DNA of 64,000 nt. Source: Gammaproteobacteria bacterium. GTDB lineage: Bacteria; Pseudomonadota; Gammaproteobacteria; Eutrophobiales; Eutrophobiaceae. Under the pieces are notes generated by a model. That model was not told the origin of the DNA. It did not search any database and saw only the letters and a list, made by a program, of their open reading frames with translations. Numbering within the stretch: position 1 is the stretch's first letter; each line of letters begins with the position of its first letter. A program made the position numbers and the translations under genes. Positions 58,899 to 64,000 of the stretch are shown here, one piece after another. The stretch is taken from NCBI GenBank assembly GCA_965601665.1, contig OZ271833.1, positions 2,146,607 to 2,210,606 of the forward strand. The letters are read 5' to 3'.

Positions 58899-59723
58899 AT
58901 GGAGAATTGCACGATTGCATTTATTGGCTGTGGCAACATGGCGCGCAGCCTGATTGGCGGACTGATCGCCAACGACATCGACAAATCCCGATTAATCGCA
59001 GCCGATCCTGACGCGGGACAACGACAGAAAATCAAGGACCAGTTCGCTATCGAGACGTTAAGTGATAACAGCGCCGCGATCGAGCAAGCTGACGTAGTGT
59101 TACTCGCGGTAAAACCCCAGGTCATGCAGGAAGTGATTAAGAACATTGCCGCCGACCTTGCCGGTAAGGGTAAGCTGCTTATTTCTATCGCAGCCGGCAT
59201 CGGGGTTGAAAGCATGCAGTCATGGCTGGGCAGTAATGAGGCAATTATCAGGGCCATGCCAAATACACCGGCAATGATCCAGGCCGGCGCCGCTGCCCTT
59301 TATGCAAACAAGGCAGCGACCGAAGCGCAAAAACATATTGCCGAGTCCATGTTGCGCTCTGTTGGCACCGCGGTGTGGCTGGAAGACGAATCACTTATGG
59401 ATAGCGTCACAGCCTTGTCCGGCAGTGGGCCCGCTTACTTTTTTTATTTCATGGAGGCGATGGAAAAAGCGGCCATTGAACTTGGCATGGAAGAAGAGAT
59501 GGCCAGACTATTAACCATTGAAACAGCTGTCGGTGCCGCAAAGATGGCGCTGATGTCAACGCATGACCCGGCAACGCTGCGGCAACAGGTCACTTCTCCA
59601 GGCGGCACAACGGAGCAGGCATTAAACATCTTTAATAAAAACGCGCTGGATGAAATCATTAGCAAAGCGATGCAAGCAGCGAAGCAGCGATCAATCGAGA
59701 TGTCCGAAGGATTAAGTCAATAA
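58899..59723 (+). CDS. proC: Pyrroline-5-carboxylate reductase
   Basis: IAFIGCGNMARSLIGGL Rossmann motif and ProC C-terminal domain. Confidence 0.9.
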   Translation: MENCTIAFIGCGNMARSLIGGLIANDIDKSRLIAADPDAGQRQKIKDQFAIETLSDNSAAIEQADVVLLAVKPQVMQEVIKNIAADLAGKGKLLISIAAGIGVESMQSWLGSNEAIIRAMPNTPAMIQAGAAALYANKAATEAQKHIAESMLRSVGTAVWLEDESLMDSVTALSGSGPAYFFYFMEAMEKAAIELGMEEEMARLLTIETAVGAAKMALMSTHDPATLRQQVTSPGGTTEQALNIFNKNALDEIISKAMQAAKQRSIEMSEGLSQ

Positions 59724-59724
59724 C

Positions 59725-60309
59725 ATGGGTGGTAATTACTTCATACAGGCAGCTGTTTTTTTAATTGAGGTCATCTTCGGCCTCTATATCCTTGCTGTAT
59801 TGTTACGCTTCCTGTTTGCCACCGTAAGGGCCGATTTCCATAACCCACTGTCGCAATTTATCGTTAAGGTAACGAATCCACCGTTAAAGATACTGCGCCG
59901 ATTTATTCCCAGTTACATGGCAATCGACTGGGCAGCCATCGTATTGCTGTTGGCCGTGCAGGCACTGGAGATCGTATTAACTGCGCTGGTAGTCGCCGGC
60001 ATGATACCGGCACCCATGGGCATCTTCGTCATGACCTGTGCTGAATTGTTAAAAACGCTGGTGTGGCTATACATTATCGTTGTCTTTATCCAGGTGGCGA
60101 TTAGCTGGATCAACCCGCATGCCTATAACCCGTTGACGGTAATCATGCACCAGTTAACGGAACCGGTGATGAAACCCGCTCGGAGAATGATTCCACCTGC
60201 CGGCGGCTTCGACTGGTCGCCACTGGTGGTGCTAATTGGGCTTAACCTGATGCTGATATTGCTGGTAACACCGTTGACGGATATAGGGCGGCGGTTGCTA
60301 ATAGGATAA
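59725..60309 (+). CDS. yggT: YggT-family membrane protein
   Basis: Four-TM protein of 194 aa with duplicated YGGT repeats, after proC. Confidence 0.8.
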   Translation: MGGNYFIQAAVFLIEVIFGLYILAVLLRFLFATVRADFHNPLSQFIVKVTNPPLKILRRFIPSYMAIDWAAIVLLLAVQALEIVLTALVVAGMIPAPMGIFVMTCAELLKTLVWLYIIVVFIQVAISWINPHAYNPLTVIMHQLTEPVMKPARRMIPPAGGFDWSPLVVLIGLNLMLILLVTPLTDIGRRLLIG

Positions 60310-60370
60310 GTTTCTACTTGTCGTGATGACCAATCTATTTTCAATAATCGGTTTCGCCTTTGAACGGCGA

Positions 60371-60396
60371 CTTACTTTTCTTCATAGAAAAGTAAG
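60371..60396. repeat. Perfect 11-bp inverted repeat hairpin CTTACTTTTCT-tcat-AGAAAAGTAAG
   Basis: Read directly from the sequence. Lies 60 bp after the yggT stop at the edge of a compositionally atypical islet, with no adjacent T-run. Confidence 0.5.
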
Positions 60397-60485
60397 CAAA
60401 AGAACTTTCCCCTACTGTCATGGCCTGCGGCTCCCTTCGTCGTCATCCGTCACGACGGGCCGCGCATAGCGTCTTCCCTGACGCA

Positions 60486-60516
60486 ATGCACTCAATTGTG
60501 CATCCATGCACAATTG
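60486..60516. promoter_or_regulatory. Operator-like palindrome array ATGCAC-t-CAATTGTGCAT-cc-ATGCACAATTG
   Basis: A 24-bp near-perfect palindrome (CAATTGTGCATccATGCACAATTG) plus an extra ATGCAC half-site, upstream of the islet genes. Confidence 0.45.
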
Positions 60517-60726
60517 CCCCTGTTCCAGATGACTCCTTAGCATGACATAACGGGGGATAATGATAGGATCGGCAAAGTGAGCCTGCTGGATATTGAGTAA
60601 AAGGTGGGCTACAGTTAATAAACATTTGATTATAAGGAGATTATCAATATGTCCCGCCAAACCACCTATATAACATTATGCGAAACTCGGTCTCCCTAAT
60701 ATATTGTTAAATGGCTCAATAAAGAT

Positions 60727-60894
60727 ATGACGAAAATACGGAAATCAACGCTCGGAATATTTTTGACAGCGATACTTCTATACCTACTCTCACCCGCGTT
60801 AGGCTTAGCTGTAGGTTTCCTGGGCGTAATCTTAGAAGTTTTTGCCTGGATTTCATGGATCAAAGAGTACAACGAAGAGAACAAGGAAAATTAA
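60727..60894 (+). CDS. Small hydrophobic membrane peptide (55 aa), not in the supplied ORF track
   Basis: My own translation is MTKIRKSTLGIFLTAILLYLLSPALGLAVGFLGVILEVFAWISWIKEYNEENKEN. Basic N-terminus, one or two TM helices and an acidic tail, in an AT-rich islet. Weak RBS. Confidence 0.35.
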   Translation: MTKIRKSTLGIFLTAILLYLLSPALGLAVGFLGVILEVFAWISWIKEYNEENKEN

Positions 60895-60943
60895 TGGCAG
60901 CTTCTTGCTATAAAAATCTAGAAATAGCCAACCATTTAACAAG

Positions 60944-61261
60944 TTGCGCAATTGGGACAAAGTACTGCGCACTTCGCCCATTAGCAAGGCGTTATATGCA
61001 TTAAATAAAATGGATGTGCTAAGTGAAAAAGACCGAAAACATAGGAAAGAGCTATTCGAGAAAGTGAATAAGCTCAGAAAGGAATATGGAGAAGCTCCAA
61101 TACCTTATGTAGAAGATCCTGAATTAATATATTGTTCTTTTTGTGGAAAAGTACCATCCGAAATTGAATCAATGATACAGGGAATCGGGGTATTCATTTG
61201 TAATGAATGTATTGTTATGTCTAAAGAGTTGATTGATGAGGTATCAAACAATGCAGAATAA
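60944..61261 (+). CDS. Stand-alone ClpX-type C4 zinc-finger protein with helical N-terminal extension
   Basis: C-terminal 40 aa IYCSFCGKVPSEIESMIQGIGVFICNECIVMSKELI aligns with the ClpX N-domain [36 protein letters not shown]. No AAA+ module. The listed start is TTG, with an alternative ATG at 61010. Confidence 0.6.
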   Translation: MRNWDKVLRTSPISKALYALNKMDVLSEKDRKHRKELFEKVNKLRKEYGEAPIPYVEDPELIYCSFCGKVPSEIESMIQGIGVFICNECIVMSKELIDEVSNNAE

Positions 61262-61362
61262 TGCATATAACAAGTCACTCCACAGCGACTTGAAGACACA
61301 ACTGCAGGAAAGCGAAGGAGCAGTGAACTCGCTATCAGGCGCGAAGTTAAGTTAGAAAAGAA

Positions 61363-62136
61363 TTATAAAGTTAGATCATAATCCGTAATCAACGGCGCAT
61401 GGTCCGAAAAGCGTTCTTCCTTGTAAATATCAACTGACTTGATCCTGTCTTTTAAACCGGGCGTCACTACCTGGTAATCAATCCGCCAGCCCACGTTCTT
61501 TGCCCACGCCTGGCCACGGTTAGACCACCATGTGTATTGGTCTGGCTCCTGGTTAATGACCCTGAATGAATCCACCATACCCACCTCGTCGAATACCTTA
61601 TCCATCCAGGCACGTTCTTCCGGCAGGAAACCGGAGTTCTTTTGGTTGGAGCGCCAGTTCTTTAGATCGATTTGCTTATGGGCAATGTTCCAGTCGCCAC
61701 AGATAATATATTCACGCCGGCGCCGGCGCATCTTTTTCATCAACGGCAGGAAGAAATCGAGGAAGTCATACTTGATTTGCTGACGCTCATCACCGGAAGT
61801 TCCTGATGGCAGATACAAAGACACGATACTGAGCTTGCCGAAATCCGCTTGCAGGTAACGCCCTTCCTGATCGGCAACAGGGAAGCCAAGCAAGTCAGTC
61901 ACCTTGTCCGGCTTGTTTCGGCTATAAATGGCCGTACCGCTGTAACCCTTTTTCTCGGCATCGTTAAAGAAAGCATGATAGCCATCAGGCTGCAGAATTT
62001 CCTCGCCAAGCTGGCTGGTCTGGGCCTTGGTTTCCTGTACGCAAACCACATCGGCGTTAGACTTTTGCAACCAGTTAAAAAAACCTTTCCTGTGTGCGGC
62101 CCGTATGCCGTTCAGGTTAACGCTAACGACTCTCAA
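61363..62136 (-). CDS. crc: ExoIII-family protein, Crc-like (catabolite repression control protein homolog)
   Basis: MRVVSVNLNGIRAAHRKGFFNWLQKSNADVVCVQETKA closely parallels the Pseudomonas Crc N-terminus. Divergent from pyrE as in Pseudomonas, and second exoIII-family gene in the window. Confidence 0.65.
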   Translation of the reverse strand: MRVVSVNLNGIRAAHRKGFFNWLQKSNADVVCVQETKAQTSQLGEEILQPDGYHAFFNDAEKKGYSGTAIYSRNKPDKVTDLLGFPVADQEGRYLQADFGKLSIVSLYLPSGTSGDERQQIKYDFLDFFLPLMKKMRRRRREYIICGDWNIAHKQIDLKNWRSNQKNSGFLPEERAWMDKVFDEVGMVDSFRVINQEPDQYTWWSNRGQAWAKNVGWRIDYQVVTPGLKDRIKSVDIYKEERFSDHAPLITDYDLTL

Positions 62137-62263
62137 GATTTCCCCCTGTATTATTCAACGGTATGATAAGCGCATAAGTTTGGCACTAAGCAAATGAAGC
62201 AGCATGCCAAACTGACATAAAAATGAAAAGCGGCTTATGACAGTTTGATAAAACAGGGGCATC

Positions 62264-62914
62264 ATGGAACAGTATCAAAAAGAATTTATTGAATTCGCAA
62301 TTAATAAACAGGTGTTACGGTTTGGCGAATTCACACTAAAGTCGGGGCGTGTGAGTCCTTATTTTTTTAATAGCGGACTATTCAATGACGGCGATAGCCT
62401 GGCCAGGCTCGGCGAGTTTTATGCCGCTGCAGTAGCCAACGCGGGTATAGAGTTCGACATGATATATGGCCCTGCCTACAAGGGAATCCCGCTCGCATCG
62501 ACCATGGCTATTGCCTTCTCGGAGCAACACAGCAAGAACTACCCTTTTGTGTTTAACCGTAAGGAAGTAAAAGATCATGGGGAAGGAGGGATTACCTTCG
62601 GTGCCGACATTAATGGCCGGGTATTAATCATCGATGACGTGATCTCCGCGGGCACGTCAGTACGCGAATCCGTCGAAATTATTGGTAACCATGGTGGCAC
62701 GACTGTCGGTGCCGTGGTTGCCGTGGATCGACAGGAACGCGGCCAGGGTGCGACCTCGGCCATACAGGAAGTGGAACAACAGCACGGGATCAAAGTCATA
62801 AGTATTATTAGCCTGGAACACATTATTAGTTATTTGCATGCCGATGGCGAAATGCAGGCGCACCTTGAGGCGATCAATGCCTACAAGGCTGAATATGGCG
62901 TATCGGCAGCATGA
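62264..62914 (+). CDS. pyrE: Orotate phosphoribosyltransferase
   Basis: PRPP-binding motif [13 protein letters not shown]. 216 aa. Confidence 0.9.
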   Translation: MEQYQKEFIEFAINKQVLRFGEFTLKSGRVSPYFFNSGLFNDGDSLARLGEFYAAAVANAGIEFDMIYGPAYKGIPLASTMAIAFSEQHSKNYPFVFNRKEVKDHGEGGITFGADINGRVLIIDDVISAGTSVRESVEIIGNHGGTTVGAVVAVDRQERGQGATSAIQEVEQQHGIKVISIISLEHIISYLHADGEMQAHLEAINAYKAEYGVSAA

Positions 62915-62973
62915 TTAACCACCGTGAAATGTCTATAATTCTCTAAACAAGTCGTTTCTTGTCAGGAGGCAAC

Positions 62974-63597
62974 ATGAACAAGCAGTTTATCAATAGCATC
63001 ATCGTGGTCACGGCGGTTTCCAGCCTGATGCTAATCACGCCCGCACAGGCTCGAATGAAATGCTGGAAAAACCATGAGGGAATAACCGAATGCGGTGACA
63101 AGGTACCCCCGGAGTTTGCCCAGGGTGGGCACAAGGAAATTGGTGAGAGCGGTATCGTACGTGAAGAAGTTGAGAGAGCTAAAACCCCTGAGGAAGTGGC
63201 CGAAGAAGCACGACTGGCAAAACTGGAAGAGGAAAAACTAAAGCAGGAAGAAGAAAAGCGACTCAAGGACAGAATCCTGCTGGAAACATTTTCCTCTGTT
63301 GAAGACCTGGAGAATGCTAGAGATGATCGTATTCAATCACTTGAAGCGTCTATCGGTGTGACCGAAGCGCGACGTGATAAAATCCAGCTCGACCTGGATA
63401 AACGTATTGCCCGCGCCGCTGATCGTGAACGCCGCGGCCAGGAGCCTAATAAGGAACTACTTGATGATATCGATTCATTGAAGCGGCAAATTAGCGATAT
63501 TGATAAATTTATTGCCGAGAAACGCGCAGAGCAGGAACAGATCCACATCAACCATGCCGCAGACGTGGAACGCTACAAAAAGCTGAAAAACCAGTAG
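62974..63597 (+). CDS. Secreted coiled-coil protein, DUF4124-like
   Basis: AGGAGG RBS and signal peptide MNKQFINSIIVVTAVSSLMLITPAQA. Short Cys-containing N-domain (KCWKNHEGITECGDKVP), then a Glu/Lys-rich coiled coil. Confidence 0.5.
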   Translation: MNKQFINSIIVVTAVSSLMLITPAQARMKCWKNHEGITECGDKVPPEFAQGGHKEIGESGIVREEVERAKTPEEVAEEARLAKLEEEKLKQEEEKRLKDRILLETFSSVEDLENARDDRIQSLEASIGVTEARRDKIQLDLDKRIARAADRERRGQEPNKELLDDIDSLKRQISDIDKFIAEKRAEQEQIHINHAADVERYKKLKNQ

Positions 63598-63602
63598 TAA
63601 CG

Positions 63603-64000
63603 CTAGCGAAATAATCCGGACTGCATGACGACCCACTGTTCATTCCAATGTTCAGTGGGTTTTTTATTGAATGAACTACGCGCAAACTGGGACATCTTGC
63701 CTTCTACGTAAGTCACCATCATATTTGATGCGGCTTCAATATTACTAATCGGTCGTGGCCCGTCGCCCAGGTTGGCCTCACGCATGATCTGCCGCAGCTG
63801 TGTTTCCAGCCTGTCGAAAAACTGAATAACACGTTTGTGCAGGCGCTCATTTTCACCAACCAACGCATCACCAATCAGTATGCGTGTAATACCGGGATTG
63901 CGCTCGGAAAACCCAAGCAATACCTGCATGATCTTTTCGCAACGAACAACGGGGCTGGCCTCGTTGCTGACAATCTTGTTGATGAGGCCAAATACCGTTT
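63603..64000 (-). CDS. slmA: Nucleoid occlusion factor SlmA (TetR family), N-terminus beyond window end
   Basis: QVLLGFSERNPGITRILIGDALVGENERLHKRVIQFFDRLETQLRQIMRE parallels E. coli SlmA [50 protein letters not shown]. The reading frame continues past 64000. Lies next to pyrE as in E. coli. Confidence 0.75.
   Translation of the reverse strand, partial: TVFGLINKIVSNEASPVVRCEKIMQVLLGFSERNPGITRILIGDALVGENERLHKRVIQFFDRLETQLRQIMREANLGDGPRPISNIEAASNMMVTYVEGKMSQFARSSFNKKPTEHWNEQWVVMQSGLFR

Noticed and set aside
60418-60660. 80-aa minus-strand ORF in the islet boundary
   Set aside because: TTG start without SD. The sequence has low-complexity codon usage. It spans the palindrome and hairpin elements, which are more plausibly regulatory DNA.
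62943-63266. 107-aa minus-strand Ser-rich ORF
   Set aside because: Antisense to the DUF4124-like secreted protein gene. Ser-rich low complexity arises from the antisense of its Glu/Lys-rich coiled coil.
1-64000. Search for CRISPR arrays, tRNA/rRNA genes, transposases, integrases and prophage blocks
   Set aside because: No direct-repeat/spacer arrays, no tRNA-like T-arm/anticodon structures, and no ORF with DDE or tyrosine recombinase motifs were found. The only compositionally foreign segment is the ~1-kb islet at 60310-61362, which lacks mobility genes.

Overview
The window reads as a chromosomal segment of a gammaproteobacterium at about 50% GC, mostly conserved core genes on both strands. 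Several blocks have the gene order seen in Pseudomonas-like genomes: cytochrome c4-dsbA next to engB, gshB-tonB-yqgE-ruvX-pyrR-pyrB-pyrC', pilT/pilU diverging from yggS-proC-yggT, and a crc-like gene next to pyrE (inference from gene order). Core content covers iron handling, housekeeping and repair, haem and nucleotide synthesis, respiration and carbon fixation, pili, and c-di-GMP signalling. Iron handling comprises fbpABC, bfd and two tandem bacterioferritins with Fur-box-like sites. Housekeeping and repair genes are gcvH, tpx, prlC, two exoIII-family genes, rpmE, uvrD, pmbA and a photolyase. The hemCDXY, purKE and pyr genes supply haem and nucleotide synthesis. There are dihaem cytochrome c4 and c5 genes and a phosphoribulokinase gene. 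Three PilT-family ATPases sit in tandem. GGDEF, HDOD and PilZ proteins are scattered through the window, and a MoxR-DUF58-transglutaminase triad is present. No tRNA, rRNA, CRISPR array, transposase or integrase was seen. The most interesting non-core signals are listed here. (1) A 24-aa PqqA-like peptide gene that is unannotated and monocistronic, with a sigma-54-type promoter, a dyad-repeat array upstream and its own terminator, immediately downstream of the photolyase gene and with no pqqBCDE nearby. (2) A sigma-E/AlgU-type promoter (GGAACTT-N16-TCTAA) driving a roughly 120-nt structured transcript convergent with engB, which is the position Spot42/ErsA occupies in other gammaproteobacteria. 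(3) A cluster of perfect DnaA boxes between convergent genes. (4) An AT-rich islet of about 1 kb between yggT and crc. It carries a 55-aa membrane peptide and a stand-alone ClpX-type zinc-finger (N-terminal domain only) protein, preceded by an operator-like palindrome array and an 11-bp perfect hairpin. (5) An apparent operon of a TonB-dependent receptor, a PilZ protein and a Tat-exported PhoX-like protein. (6) A LemA gene paired with a GIDE-like membrane protein that carries a canonical EF-hand loop.
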